A DNA stretch of 64,000 bases from a virus: IMG/VR virus record IMGVR_UViG_3300032073_000008, positions 46,318-110,317 of that record; one strand, written 5' to 3'. Positions within the stretch are counted from its first letter, which is position 1, and every line of letters starts with the position of its first letter. Shown piece by piece: positions 9,411 to 19,925 of the stretch. A model generated the notes under the pieces. It saw only the letters and a list, made by a program, of their open reading frames with translations. It made no database searches and was not told where the DNA came from. The translations under genes and the position numbers were made by a program.

Positions 9411-11051
9411 TTAGTAATTTTCAAAGTTCCCATGAGTGATGTAATCTTGCGTGTCAAATGGGTCAGATGGTGTGTAATCTACAACATTATCATCAGGTAT
9501 GCCATCATCATGGAACCCAAATGGTAACATACTCTCCATCATTTCTTGATCTGTTTTTTCTCTTAATTGGATTAGTGTATTTATGTCTGTCATATCTTTA
9601 AAATATGACTGGTCTGTCAGCCATGCAAATAAAACAAGACACATCACTAGATCATCATGAGCACCAGACTCTGCTTCATACGAGTTTCTTTTTCTCGAGA
9701 AAGTTGATAGCTCTTTTATAGTATTAAAATCGTTAATTATAAGTTGATCTTGTTCAATCAACAGCTTTAGTATAGAACATCCTACAGCCTTCACGCTTTT
9801 AGTTGTTCTAATTCCTTTATCACACCTTTTGCTGAACCCAGTTGATATTCTTTTACCTGATCTTCCAGCACTTTCGGTGAATAATATGTTTTCATATTCA
9901 AATTCATAATGAAGAAGCTCTGCGACTTGTTCACCAATATCATTTATTTCAACTAATACAGTCGCTTCATTAAAGCTCTTGCATGTTCTATATATTACTT
10001 CTGAGTATTCAGCAGGAGTGATAAAGTTATCTCTGTAAACACAGACTTGTTTATATGGCATTTCTGTTATGTCTATTATCTGAAATGCTGAATAGTCTAA
10101 ACCCTTTCCTCTTGATACATCAACGACACAAGCATAGGTATGATCTGGCTGTCCTTGATCATACATTGATATGCCACTACCCTCAACTAATGGTCTTTTA
10201 TCCACTAATGTTTTTAGTTTACTACCATCAATCAATGTTCCAGAACTGCCAAGAAACTCACACTCATATTCTTGAGCAAACTTCTCAAGATCATAATCCA
10301 TAGACTGCAATGTTTCTTCTTTCCAAGCATCATCTCTTCCAGGAACATCAGTCCAATTTACCCTGACATACTCATATCCATTTTTACCATCTCTAGCACC
10401 TTCGCAAGTTTTATAAAAATGATTCAAACCATTTGGTGTGGATGTCAATAATATTTTAGTTGTGTTACCAGAAGATATTGTGGGGAATACAGAAGCAAAA
10501 AATTCATCCCAATTATCTACGAATGCAGTTTCATCAATGTATAGGAATGATACAGACTTACCACGAATAGCAGATGAGGATGTTGCAGCAGCAATAATTT
10601 TACAACCATTCTCAAACTGAACTGAACCTTTGTTCCACTCAACGACACCTTGTTGCATCCATTGCGGTAGTGCTTCATATGCAATCTTAATTCTGTCAAG
10701 AATCTCACGAGCTGAGTCGCCCTTGTTCGCAAGCAACGCAACAGTCTTATGCTCATTGAATAGAATGAAGTGTAATATAACAGCAACTGCGGTTGTAGTT
10801 TTACCTGCCTGCCGAGATGTGACCACAGTTACTCTACGATTATCAGTTATCTTCTCAATAATATCTCGTTGATAATCATACAGACGCATTGGTATTAGAC
10901 CGTGATCTACATGAACAATTTGTATGTAGTTCTCAGCAAAATAGAGTGGATCTTTAGCACACTTCACATATTCTGTGACTTGCTCTTGAGTCCAGCTGAT
11001 CTGAACACCCTTCTTTTTGAGAAGAGCATTTCCATTATATGTATCAGCCAA
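9411..11051 (-). CDS. gp17: Terminase large subunit
   Basis: Walker A SRQAGKTT, Walker B YIDETAF, TSTPNG, nuclease DVSRGKGLDYS and HDDLVM. Confidence 0.98.
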   Translation of the reverse strand: MADTYNGNALLKKKGVQISWTQEQVTEYVKCAKDPLYFAENYIQIVHVDHGLIPMRLYDYQRDIIEKITDNRRVTVVTSRQAGKTTTAVAVILHFILFNEHKTVALLANKGDSAREILDRIKIAYEALPQWMQQGVVEWNKGSVQFENGCKIIAAATSSSAIRGKSVSFLYIDETAFVDNWDEFFASVFPTISSGNTTKILLTSTPNGLNHFYKTCEGARDGKNGYEYVRVNWTDVPGRDDAWKEETLQSMDYDLEKFAQEYECEFLGSSGTLIDGSKLKTLVDKRPLVEGSGISMYDQGQPDHTYACVVDVSRGKGLDYSAFQIIDITEMPYKQVCVYRDNFITPAEYSEVIYRTCKSFNEATVLVEINDIGEQVAELLHYEFEYENILFTESAGRSGKRISTGFSKRCDKGIRTTKSVKAVGCSILKLLIEQDQLIINDFNTIKELSTFSRKRNSYEAESGAHDDLVMCLVLFAWLTDQSYFKDMTDINTLIQLREKTDQEMMESMLPFGFHDDGIPDDNVVDYTPSDPFDTQDYITHGNFENY

Positions 11052-11490
11052 TTACGACAATGCCTTCTTTTATTAATCGCTCACGATTTTTTAAATGAGC
11101 TTCAGCAATATCATCTTTGTTTTGTCCGTGATAAGCGACAGCAAAACCTTCATCGATCATGATCTGAGTGGCTGGACGCCATGAATCAGTAGTTGCATCG
11201 TAGACATCAAAGTCACCAAGTATACGACCGAACTTACCTTTCATATCTTCGCCTTTTTTACTCACTTGAGTTTTAAGGACAGACTGTTTACCGAGTAATG
11301 ATTTTAGCTTTTCTTTGGCAGCAAGACCAAACTTTTTTTCAACCTTATCGCGAGTACGAGATTCAGGAGTATCAATACCCATAACACGAACACGCTCGCC
11401 TTTAAGCCATATACCAAACCCCAGATCAATATCTACATCTACAGTATCGCCATCTACGACACGAACAATCTTACATCTATAATCATACAT
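11044..11490 (-). CDS. Thermonuclease (SNase-like) family nuclease
   Basis: VVDGDTVDVDIDLGF, RVMGIDTPESRT, GKFGRILG; likely start MYDYR at 11490. Confidence 0.85.
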   Translation of the reverse strand: MYDYRCKIVRVVDGDTVDVDIDLGFGIWLKGERVRVMGIDTPESRTRDKVEKKFGLAAKEKLKSLLGKQSVLKTQVSKKGEDMKGKFGRILGDFDVYDATTDSWRPATQIMIDEGFAVAYHGQNKDDIAEAHLKNRERLIKEGIVVIG

Positions 11491-11917
11491 CTTTTTCTTC
11501 ACCTTTAATTAATTTTTGTAAATCTGCTGTGCTACCAACAAACAGAGCATTATTAGTCACATTTGCTGGTTGATTATTTTCTTCTTCGCGCAGAAGTTTA
11601 ACTTTCTTTTGAATGTCTAACAAATCTTTATTTGCATCAACAAGAGTTTTTGTTAGTTGTGAAACAACTTCGAATGCTCTTGGATGTTCACTTGCTTTGG
11701 CTAACTCAAGCAAATTATCAAGAGCATATGAACCTTTCTCTATAACATCATAGAGATTATCTCTGGCATAGGTGTAGTCTTTAGAGACATCATCTGGCAG
11801 ATTTTTTGTTTTCTCTTCAAAGTTTGAACGAACTAATGATTGTTTTGGTTCATCATCTACAAGCTCTGCTTCAACTTCAAAAATTTCATTCAAATTATCT
11901 GTGACATTGTTTTTCAT
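11483..11917 (-). CDS. gp16: Terminase small subunit
   Basis: DYTYARDNL, EHPRAFEV, NNALFVGSTADLQK. Confidence 0.93.
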   Translation of the reverse strand: MKNNVTDNLNEIFEVEAELVDDEPKQSLVRSNFEEKTKNLPDDVSKDYTYARDNLYDVIEKGSYALDNLLELAKASEHPRAFEVVSQLTKTLVDANKDLLDIQKKVKLLREEENNQPANVTNNALFVGSTADLQKLIKGEEKDV

Positions 11918-11929
11918 AATTTTTCATAC

Positions 11930-12763
11930 CTAATCATCAATACCATCAAAGAAATCAAACTTATCAAAGGCTAATCCATATGTGCTGTTTGCACTCACCG
12001 ATGAATATGCTACACTTGCTGACGAGTTTGTTGTTGGTGAACCATTTGCCAATAATCCTGGACTCAGTTTAATTCTACTGCTCGGTGCTTCATTTGTAGC
12101 TAGTGGCGACAATGTAGACGGCATGTTAAAATCGACCGTTGATCTTTTGATCACACCTCTATTGCTAGTTGGTCCAAAAATATAACCCTTGACTGTGAAG
12201 TTAAAAGTGTATATAATAGCTCTGCGAGTTTGAAAGTCTGCTTCATATGCATCTTCAATCGACATACCTTGCATGACTGTTGGTATGTCATAATAATGAC
12301 CAGTCTCTTTAACCAACTTCAAACTGTGAGTAAACTCAGGTCTAAAGTAAGGCAGAATCTGTTCTGTAACCTGAACAGCATCTTCATTGTTAGCAAACAT
12401 ACCATATAAAGAAATATTTATATCATATGGCACAGGTGTAAACTGAGAAACAGAAGCATTGTTGTTAGAAGAAATAGCTGTATTTTTCTGTAACTTATTT
12501 AATCCTCTGTTTGGAGAATATGACATATCAGTAATTTCAAACGAAAGTCTCGGGAGCTGAGTAGCAACTTGTCTATTCAAGTTTGGATCTTGATTTAATC
12601 TCGCCAAGAACTTTTCTTTTGGTCCATATGCTATCGGTACACGAATTGATTGAACAGCTACACCGCTTGTGTTAAAGCGAACAACATCAATATCGTTGAA
12701 CATTGAGCCAAACATAATGATATATTTTCGAATCGCACCGTGATTATAATAGTTACCAAACAT
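11930..12763 (-). CDS. gp15: Tail sheath stabilizer / terminator
   Basis: IRKYIIMFGSMFNDI, VPIAYGPKEKFLAR, LPRLSFE, EQILPYFRP. Confidence 0.93.
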   Translation of the reverse strand: MFGNYYNHGAIRKYIIMFGSMFNDIDVVRFNTSGVAVQSIRVPIAYGPKEKFLARLNQDPNLNRQVATQLPRLSFEITDMSYSPNRGLNKLQKNTAISSNNNASVSQFTPVPYDINISLYGMFANNEDAVQVTEQILPYFRPEFTHSLKLVKETGHYYDIPTVMQGMSIEDAYEADFQTRRAIIYTFNFTVKGYIFGPTSNRGVIKRSTVDFNMPSTLSPLATNEAPSSRIKLSPGLLANGSPTTNSSASVAYSSVSANSTYGLAFDKFDFFDGIDD

Positions 12764-13528
12764 TTAGAAACCCTCACTAAATGGATTCATCTCACTGAAG
12801 TCAACAAAGTCTGCTGCTTTTAAGTCAAATGTGCTATTTCTTGCTGCTGAATCAGTTGATTCAATGCTATATTCTTCATTCAATACATTCTCTCCACTCT
12901 CCATGACAAGATTATCGCCAGACTCATCAAGTATCTGGTTGTCCATTCTATCGCCAGAGTATAATGTCTCGATCTCATCAATGGTATTGATACCAGTGTT
13001 AAGCCTTTCATGGCTGTATTCAAACAACTCACAACGGAGATCATATGTTTGTAGTGAGCCAAGCTGGTAGAAAACAGATTCATGCTCAACAAACTTAACT
13101 TCAAACAACTTATTATTGAGCGGAAAATAAATTAGATCACCCTCAACTGGACGACCTGCAGCTTTTGTTGTGTTTTCGTCTTGAATTTCTTCGCTGAATC
13201 TTCTGCGTGAAACAGTTAATGTCATTTCGTCTCTTATCTCAACATTAAACTTAGATAAGAAATCACCATCACCATCAAACCCATCTACTGACTTAATATA
13301 CATCTCAATAGAATAAGCTGATAATGATTCACCATCACCATCACCATTTGTAACTGCGTCAAACTTAGACAGGGTATCTTCGCCAAAGACACCGTCTTCA
13401 GCAACTAATGTTCTGGGCATGTAATAACAATCTACACCATAAACCTTAATTGCCTCAGTTACGAGATCTTCTATAAGGTTTTGTTCTTCTGTAAATTGAT
13501 AATTATTAAAATATAAATTTGTAGCCAT
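12764..13528 (-). CDS. gp14: Neck protein
   Basis: EQNLIEDLVTEAIKVYG, YYMPR, RPVEGDLIYFP, FYQLG, CELFEYS. Confidence 0.93.
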   Translation of the reverse strand: MATNLYFNNYQFTEEQNLIEDLVTEAIKVYGVDCYYMPRTLVAEDGVFGEDTLSKFDAVTNGDGDGESLSAYSIEMYIKSVDGFDGDGDFLSKFNVEIRDEMTLTVSRRRFSEEIQDENTTKAAGRPVEGDLIYFPLNNKLFEVKFVEHESVFYQLGSLQTYDLRCELFEYSHERLNTGINTIDEIETLYSGDRMDNQILDESGDNLVMESGENVLNEEYSIESTDSAARNSTFDLKAADFVDFSEMNPFSEGF

Positions 13529-13532
13529 TTAA

Positions 13533-14273
13533 TTAGCCTATCATATCCATAGCTGGCATAGAGAATCGTTTCTGTACTTCTTCTTCTAACTTTTGGATTT
13601 CTTCATTGGCTTCATTCCAAATATTTTGACCATTAAATGTTACTCCACCTGGAAGTTGTAAACCCTCAAACTTTTTAAGGTTTTCACCCCATTGTTTTTT
13701 GATTAAAGCAGTCGCATATTGACGCAACCACCAATCGCCCCAGACTTGCGTATTTGAGTCTGGATCAATAACTTGATAACACTCAACGATAATATACTCA
13801 CCGACATTTACTCTAGACCAGTCCATATCAATATGTAACTTGTCAGTGTGACGACTAAATCTTAATGGTTGCTTCCCTACAAATAACTCTTGTAGGAGAG
13901 CGATTCTTTCCATAGAAGAAGCATAATTCTGAAATTGTGCGTGTGACCAATCATAAACATCATTAAGTGTTATTTGATATCTAAGATTGAACATATTATT
14001 TGTATTAAGTCCAGCACCAATTGGAAAAATGTTTATCACACCATTAATAGTTTCGGGTATAGTTAAATACCCATTATTAATATCTGCTTGTGTTACTTGT
14101 GCTTTTAGAAAAGTTCTTTCGGTGCCATCATAATGATAATCTCTATAAAAATCTAATGCGTCATCTATACGATCATCTACTTGATCGTCATCAACATTAA
14201 TTTCAACAACTGGTGCACCGAGCCTGCGTAGGCAATATGTTTTGAATGTGCTTTTACTTGTAGGTACTGACAT
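13533..14273 (-). CDS. gp13: Neck protein
   Basis: YCLRRLGAPVVEINVDDDQ, WLRQYATALIKKQWGENL, LPGGVTFNG. Confidence 0.94.
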   Translation of the reverse strand: MSVPTSKSTFKTYCLRRLGAPVVEINVDDDQVDDRIDDALDFYRDYHYDGTERTFLKAQVTQADINNGYLTIPETINGVINIFPIGAGLNTNNMFNLRYQITLNDVYDWSHAQFQNYASSMERIALLQELFVGKQPLRFSRHTDKLHIDMDWSRVNVGEYIIVECYQVIDPDSNTQVWGDWWLRQYATALIKKQWGENLKKFEGLQLPGGVTFNGQNIWNEANEEIQKLEEEVQKRFSMPAMDMIG

Positions 14274-14306
14274 ATGTATAGTCTCGAAGTCTGGATTAAT
14301 CTAGAC

Positions 14307-14314
14307 TATTTATA
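14307..14314 (-). promoter_or_regulatory. Late promoter for gp13
   Basis: TATAAATA. Confidence 0.7.
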
Positions 14315-14355
14315 AGAACAATAAACAGTTATAATCTATCAACTACACCATAAAT

Positions 14356-14904
14356 TCATGAAGGTATGCCTTTAAACTTCCCATCTTCAAAATCATCCTC
14401 ACCGAACACAAAATCTTCATATGCATTTTTCAAATCATCATCCCAATATTTTTTTTCATGTTTTTCAATAGCAGCAAATGTGACCTCACAACCATCAAGT
14501 TCTGGAGTATCAGGTTCCCAATCAATTAACACAGTAGTTGAAACCAACATCATATTCCTCACTGCTTCTGCTAAATTATCGCCATGAGATTCTTCGGTTT
14601 TAGATGTAGTTGCTAGAGGATAAAAAATTAATCCATTTTGTATTCTTTCTTTCTTTAATAAGCCGTGTGTTGTTGTCATCTTTTTTGACAAGAATAATGG
14701 TTTAAACTTCAAATATTTCTGAGGAACACCATCTTTTTTTCTGGCGATACGGCTCTCAGTTATTTCAACAACAGGAACTTGAGATTGAATTTTCGGAGAT
14801 GGATCAAAATCTTCATATCTTTCACCCAGTTCTTTCCTTATATGTTCCAATTCTTCTTCTGTCATGTGGTAATTTTTATTTGATCTACTCATGTGTCTAC
14901 GCAC
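14356..14904 (-). CDS. Hypothetical protein
   Basis: ORF overlapping the stop of the 949-aa gene; no recognised motif. Confidence 0.5.
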   Translation of the reverse strand: MRRHMSRSNKNYHMTEEELEHIRKELGERYEDFDPSPKIQSQVPVVEITESRIARKKDGVPQKYLKFKPLFLSKKMTTTHGLLKKERIQNGLIFYPLATTSKTEESHGDNLAEAVRNMMLVSTTVLIDWEPDTPELDGCEVTFAAIEKHEKKYWDDDLKNAYEDFVFGEDDFEDGKFKGIPS

Positions 14905-17738
14905 CTCATAACAAATGATTGTGCTATAACGGAATGCATTTTTTTCTGTACCGCATTTCCAGGTGGATAGCTATCATAATGAACTGTTCCAGGACGCTGT
15001 AGCACTTCAAGTGCCAAGTTTCCAGCAGAGCTTGTTTTAGTGGGGTCATCAGGATCCATAATCATCGAAAGTGTGGTTCTAGCACCGCCAGCATAGGATT
15101 GATATGTCCTGTATTCCTGTTCATGAATATGATTGTAGTCGACATTTGTGTGCGATATATCAAGAGTAGGTCTCTGAGGACCAAACGCAAAATCATCAAA
15201 TACTGTATGAATCATAAGATCACCATAATTAACAGCTTGTTGAGTCTCTGGACCTAGAACATCACTCGAACCAAAAGTGAAAGATTGAAGACCAGTTCTC
15301 TCTGGTGATTTGAAAGAGTTTGTCACACATTCCCATTTTCCTGGAAACATAAAAACATCTTGTACAGCAAAACGCTTGCTTGCATGCTGACCGACAAATC
15401 TGACTTTTAATCTCCCTATCTCGCTAAGTGGAAGAGGGATATGATAGACATACCATAATGAGTGTGGGTGGTCTGCTTCATTGGATATGCCAGCTGTTTG
15501 ACCTAGAGCTTCTAAATGTCCTTGCGGATAATCACCTTCTCCGTCGTTATCTTCTCCACCAAAAGAATATGCACCCCTCAATGGGAAACAGTCTACAGTA
15601 GATAAATCAGCATCACCAGTTCCTTCAGTAACATTTAAACAAGTGGGTTGAAATTTTGAAGAAGCATCATTAACAAAGTCATCCGAGTTGCCTCCCAAGT
15701 TCCCACCTTCATAAGAAAAATAACCTTTGGTGTCAGTTCCATCCATAACCTCTGCACCTAGCTGTGCGTGATTTATAAGGACGGTTGTGAAGGTATAGTC
15801 CCTATAATCTAATCTCTGGGAATAATTTTTTCTAGTTCCTTCTGAACCACCCCAAAATAAACCAAATAGATTAGTATCTTCTGTCACAGCAGATGTTGTG
15901 TCATGTTGAGGCATAGAACCAAAAAAACCGTCACCAGTGCCACCTGATATATATTGTTCAAACATAGCATCAGTGTCATATTTGAAAGAATAATAAGTCA
16001 TTACTCTATCTTCTTCATGCTGAGGGCTTAAATATGTGTACTGTCTGCTAACTTCGGTTGGACCCCTGCTCCATGCTCTAGTATTGTAAAAGTGTAACCT
16101 TGCTTCCCAAAGCTCTGGTTTTTTCTGAGCAGATTGAAAATCAGAAAATTTTAATAGGTTTCCTTCAACTGAGTGATCTCCGATTGTTAATAACTCGCTA
16201 TCATTGTAACGCGGTATTCCTCTTGTACCCCACCTTCCTGGTGTCGATGTTTGAAGCATTCTTCGCAATGCTTGTAACTCTAACGCATCTGCATTAGAAG
16301 TATCACCTGCAGCACGAGTTTTTTTTGCTGCCGATATAAATGTGTTTACTATACCATCTGTTCTCGGAACATCAGCTAAAGGCAAGATTTTGTCTGAATG
16401 CCATAAAAAATCAGCAAAAGAAGTGTCATTATTCAAATCGCCATAGTAACCAACACTCGGAAGATTTAAAATACCATTATTGTCGCCTCTATCAGCATAA
16501 TTGAGATAATATAATAACCTCACCACTCCAGCACTATCTGGACCCTCGACTGAGATGAGAGAACCACTTATAAAATATGGACCAATATCACTGCCAGTGT
16601 TATTTCTTAAGAACATGTTTTTTAGGTTGCCATTATATTCAATTTGACTAGCCCCAGTCGCAGTAAATTCACTACCAAAACGGTTTGATTCTATTATTGT
16701 TGTGAATTTAGTATCTCGCCCATCATTCAGGTTGTCAGTATCATAGGTTCCACCACTATCGCTTGGATTAAAACTGACTTGGAAAAAAGCACCGTCATTT
16801 CCTGACACAGTTCCTGAAGCGTCGGTAAAACCAGATGTGTCATATGCAGCATAAGTACCTGTGACATCTCGTGTTAAACCACGATAATATCCGCTCAAGT
16901 ATGACTCACTAAAAAATCTAACTCCTCCTTCCCATGAATGTGTTGACTCTGGTTTATAAACATCTGGCAGGTGACCAAATTCATCCATGATACCACCTTC
17001 AAGTAAACTTAGATAAGTAATATCATTATTAACTTTTATACTGGGTGTTGATTCAGCACCAGTTTGGGAAATTTGAACAACCTTTCCTGCACCAATTTCT
17101 ATCGAAGTATCATCGATTGTTGTACTCCATACACCATTTTCTTGGAGGCTTTGATCAAAATTCAAAATACCAAATATAGTATAAGTGGCAAAGGTTGGGT
17201 CGTTTGATGCTAATATTCTCGTATAATCTGCATGATGAAAACTGCTAGTATCAGTGCCTCTAATTTTAATTGTAAATTTGGAAATGTTTCTTGGTTGAAG
17301 CATATCAATTTGCAGATAATTTAAACTTGCATCAGTGATGCCTAATGTCCACCACCAGTGAGATCCACCAAAAGCAGAATCTGGGCTATAGGTAGACGAA
17401 TGAGAATAGCCAGCACTTACTGATATATCGCCTTGAGAGTATGGACCAAGTAGTTCGTCTGCACCACCATCAAGGTCGCTGCCATCTACTGCGAATGTGG
17501 CGGTTGGATAGACTGTATTAGTCACAGCTTCCGTTATCTGACATGATGATATCGCCTGACGATCTGTGCTGTTATTAAAAGTTCTGAGAGCAGTTTCGTT
17601 TGCAGTTAATACAGCATCTGTGCCATCTGTAGCAATGATCCTATAATACCTATATGGACCGCCATGTGGACCACCGTTTCCAGCCACAGTAGAAGATCGA
17701 AATGAGATATCTCCTGTAGTTGATGATTTTACAGCCAT
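14889..17738 (-). CDS. Large putative virion/fibre-associated protein with discoidin (F5/8C)-like segment
   Basis: 949 aa, G/S/T/D-rich; YRYYRI and YLQIDMLQPRNISKFTI...ILASND segments resemble galactose-binding-like domains; downstream of a late promoter. Confidence 0.5.
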   Translation of the reverse strand: MAVKSSTTGDISFRSSTVAGNGGPHGGPYRYYRIIATDGTDAVLTANETALRTFNNSTDRQAISSCQITEAVTNTVYPTATFAVDGSDLDGGADELLGPYSQGDISVSAGYSHSSTYSPDSAFGGSHWWWTLGITDASLNYLQIDMLQPRNISKFTIKIRGTDTSSFHHADYTRILASNDPTFATYTIFGILNFDQSLQENGVWSTTIDDTSIEIGAGKVVQISQTGAESTPSIKVNNDITYLSLLEGGIMDEFGHLPDVYKPESTHSWEGGVRFFSESYLSGYYRGLTRDVTGTYAAYDTSGFTDASGTVSGNDGAFFQVSFNPSDSGGTYDTDNLNDGRDTKFTTIIESNRFGSEFTATGASQIEYNGNLKNMFLRNNTGSDIGPYFISGSLISVEGPDSAGVVRLLYYLNYADRGDNNGILNLPSVGYYGDLNNDTSFADFLWHSDKILPLADVPRTDGIVNTFISAAKKTRAAGDTSNADALELQALRRMLQTSTPGRWGTRGIPRYNDSELLTIGDHSVEGNLLKFSDFQSAQKKPELWEARLHFYNTRAWSRGPTEVSRQYTYLSPQHEEDRVMTYYSFKYDTDAMFEQYISGGTGDGFFGSMPQHDTTSAVTEDTNLFGLFWGGSEGTRKNYSQRLDYRDYTFTTVLINHAQLGAEVMDGTDTKGYFSYEGGNLGGNSDDFVNDASSKFQPTCLNVTEGTGDADLSTVDCFPLRGAYSFGGEDNDGEGDYPQGHLEALGQTAGISNEADHPHSLWYVYHIPLPLSEIGRLKVRFVGQHASKRFAVQDVFMFPGKWECVTNSFKSPERTGLQSFTFGSSDVLGPETQQAVNYGDLMIHTVFDDFAFGPQRPTLDISHTNVDYNHIHEQEYRTYQSYAGGARTTLSMIMDPDDPTKTSSAGNLALEVLQRPGTVHYDSYPPGNAVQKKMHSVIAQSFVMRCVDT

Positions 17739-17763
17739 TCTATTCTACCTTATTATGTTATTC

Positions 17764-18093
17764 TCAGACCCACGGAAGATCGCGTGGTTGAGTAGAGTTT
17801 CTTTTTTCTTCTATGGCTTGATCACAAGCGTTTTTACATTTGTTAAGATATTCATCAGAAATATTTGACTCGATCCAAGAAACGACTGTATTTGCTTGTA
17901 AGTTGCCAAACTCTACAAATTCGGATCCTGATTCTGGTTCTGGTATAACAGTGTTTCCTTCAAATCTAACAACAGTGCCATCATCGTGGGTTCCAACTAA
18001 ATGAAATGCCACATTCACTACAGCTTTTTCATGACCATGTGATGTTGTTTTAGTATCTAGATAAACAATGTCGTAGTAATATTGGTTTGCCAT
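17764..18093 (-). CDS. Small fibre-associated protein (tail fibre assembly-like)
   Basis: FVEFGNLQANTVVSWIE...LPW C-terminus, a pattern common next to phage fibre genes; late promoter at 18133-18140. Confidence 0.5.
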   Translation of the reverse strand: MANQYYYDIVYLDTKTTSHGHEKAVVNVAFHLVGTHDDGTVVRFEGNTVIPEPESGSEFVEFGNLQANTVVSWIESNISDEYLNKCKNACDQAIEEKRNSTQPRDLPWV

Positions 18094-18132
18094 TTATTGA
18101 CCTGCTTGTTGTTGATGTTTACATTAATGTTC

Positions 18133-18140
18133 TATTTATA
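18133..18140 (-). promoter_or_regulatory. Late promoter
   Basis: TATAAATA. Confidence 0.65.
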
Positions 18141-18156
18141 ATAGTTTTTTGTTCCA

Positions 18157-19305
18157 TTATTTATTTTTGATCATATTATATTTTTCTTCTAAGCTCTTAG
18201 CTGAACAATTGGCTGGATGTTCTATTTGACAAACAACCTCACCATCAACCTCAATATCCCACAAATAATTTAATGTTGTCTCAAACACTTCAGGAACATA
18301 ATCTGGAGGATAATCAACCTCAAGCTCAGGTAATGAATAATCTTCATGCAACAACATTTGCTTTTCCATATTGCATATCTCTTGGTTAAAAGGAAATAAC
18401 CATTTGTTATTATTCTCACCAAATTCACCAACTTGACAAACAACTCCAGGATTGCTAGTATCATAGATATATGTTGGCGGTTTTTCCACATTGCAAAACA
18501 TTTCTAATCTTCCATGATAAGATTCATTTTTAAGAATAAAATATTGTGCTGTATCTTCTCCTACAAGAAGAAATTCTTTAAATTTATGTACTGCTGCTTT
18601 TCTAGAATACCATGTTACTCTGCAGTGAGCTTCAAATGTTTCGCAATATTTTTGTTGTTTAGCATAATATATTAACATCTCTAATCTATCGCCTTTAGAT
18701 ATTTTCCTATCACTTGATAGTCCAGCGATGACTTTATTCCATAATTCTTTCTTTCTTACTTTACCATCAGCAGAATCTAATAGGTTAAGTGTTTCAGGTT
18801 CACCATTTACAGTAAAAATTAAATTTGGTTTAACCTTGATATATTCTTCTGGTATATCACCAAGTTTCAATTCATTTTGATCAACATTATTTTCTTTTAT
18901 CCATGTGTCAACAAGATTTCTATCCCAGACAAGAGCCATTTGATTTTTCATGCAAATAACATCTGGTGGAGAGTCTTGCTCAGCTATTCTTTTATACATC
19001 CAAACGCCATGTTGTGTCAAATAATCATCACCGTCAATCATAACAAAATAATCTTGATCACTCTCTAAAAATAAATCAAGCACACTGTTCTTTCCACGCG
19101 ATGCAGTTCCGTTAGAATCTGTGACATAATGTTCTATATCTCTAGAGGAACACCACTCTTTCGCTTCAGCTTCATACTCTTTATCTAAAGTATTGATTAC
19201 AACAATAAGATCTTCCTTTGGTATTGCACTATAATCTGGGTGAATGTGTCTTTCAAGGCAATTAATTGATCTAGTAGTTAATACATAAAATTTCATTTTA
19301 TTCAT
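18157..19305 (-). CDS. Putative GT-A fold glycosyltransferase
   Basis: SNGTASRGKNSVL...DYFVMIDGDDYL (DxD motif) and a later VGEDT motif. Confidence 0.65.
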   Translation of the reverse strand: MNKMKFYVLTTRSINCLERHIHPDYSAIPKEDLIVVINTLDKEYEAEAKEWCSSRDIEHYVTDSNGTASRGKNSVLDLFLESDQDYFVMIDGDDYLTQHGVWMYKRIAEQDSPPDVICMKNQMALVWDRNLVDTWIKENNVDQNELKLGDIPEEYIKVKPNLIFTVNGEPETLNLLDSADGKVRKKELWNKVIAGLSSDRKISKGDRLEMLIYYAKQQKYCETFEAHCRVTWYSRKAAVHKFKEFLLVGEDTAQYFILKNESYHGRLEMFCNVEKPPTYIYDTSNPGVVCQVGEFGENNNKWLFPFNQEICNMEKQMLLHEDYSLPELEVDYPPDYVPEVFETTLNYLWDIEVDGEVVCQIEHPANCSAKSLEEKYNMIKNK

Positions 19306-19925
19306 CTATCAATCCTTTTTATCCAACTGCTGTCTTGAAATACTTTTGTTGGTCTTTTGATAATTTCATCTATAGCCTGCACGCATCCAGGAAATGCTGG
19401 CTCATCTGTTTTGGGGAATTGAGGAAATCTGTAATCATGCCCACCTATAAAACCCCCAGTTTTAACTTTTGGTATGTAATTAATCAAATCAGATTTAACT
19501 GCTTCATAGCTATGGTTAGCATCAATGTAAATGAAATCAAAATATTCGTCTTGAAATACTTCGTGGATATTTTGGCTGAAATCTCTATGATGCACAATAT
19601 TATGATAATGTCTGGTATTTAAAAGAAACTGATTTTCAACAAACTCCCAGTCATAAAAATTCTCATCATTAAATTGTTCTTCTCCAGTGAATGGCTCTAT
19701 ACAATGTATTTCTTTAAATAAATTTGCCATACCAAACATAGCTGTTGATTCGCCCATGTAACTACCAATCTCGAGCATTTTTGCTTCCTTCACACCTCTT
19801 TTTTGCAGATCTTGTATTAATCTAAAAAGACCAGTCACAAAAACATTACCTTTGAACTCACTAAAAAATTGTGGTGGTGTGAATCTAAGTGAGTATAAAA
19901 CTTTGTCATCTCTTGTGTATGTCAT
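19302..19925 (-). CDS. Class I SAM-dependent methyltransferase (Methyltransf_24-like)
   Basis: MLEIGSYMGES, FDFIYIDANHSYEAVKSD, GGFIGGHDY; ATG 19925 overlaps the upstream TGA (ATGA). Confidence 0.88.
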   Translation of the reverse strand: MTYTRDDKVLYSLRFTPPQFFSEFKGNVFVTGLFRLIQDLQKRGVKEAKMLEIGSYMGESTAMFGMANLFKEIHCIEPFTGEEQFNDENFYDWEFVENQFLLNTRHYHNIVHHRDFSQNIHEVFQDEYFDFIYIDANHSYEAVKSDLINYIPKVKTGGFIGGHDYRFPQFPKTDEPAFPGCVQAIDEIIKRPTKVFQDSSWIKRIDR

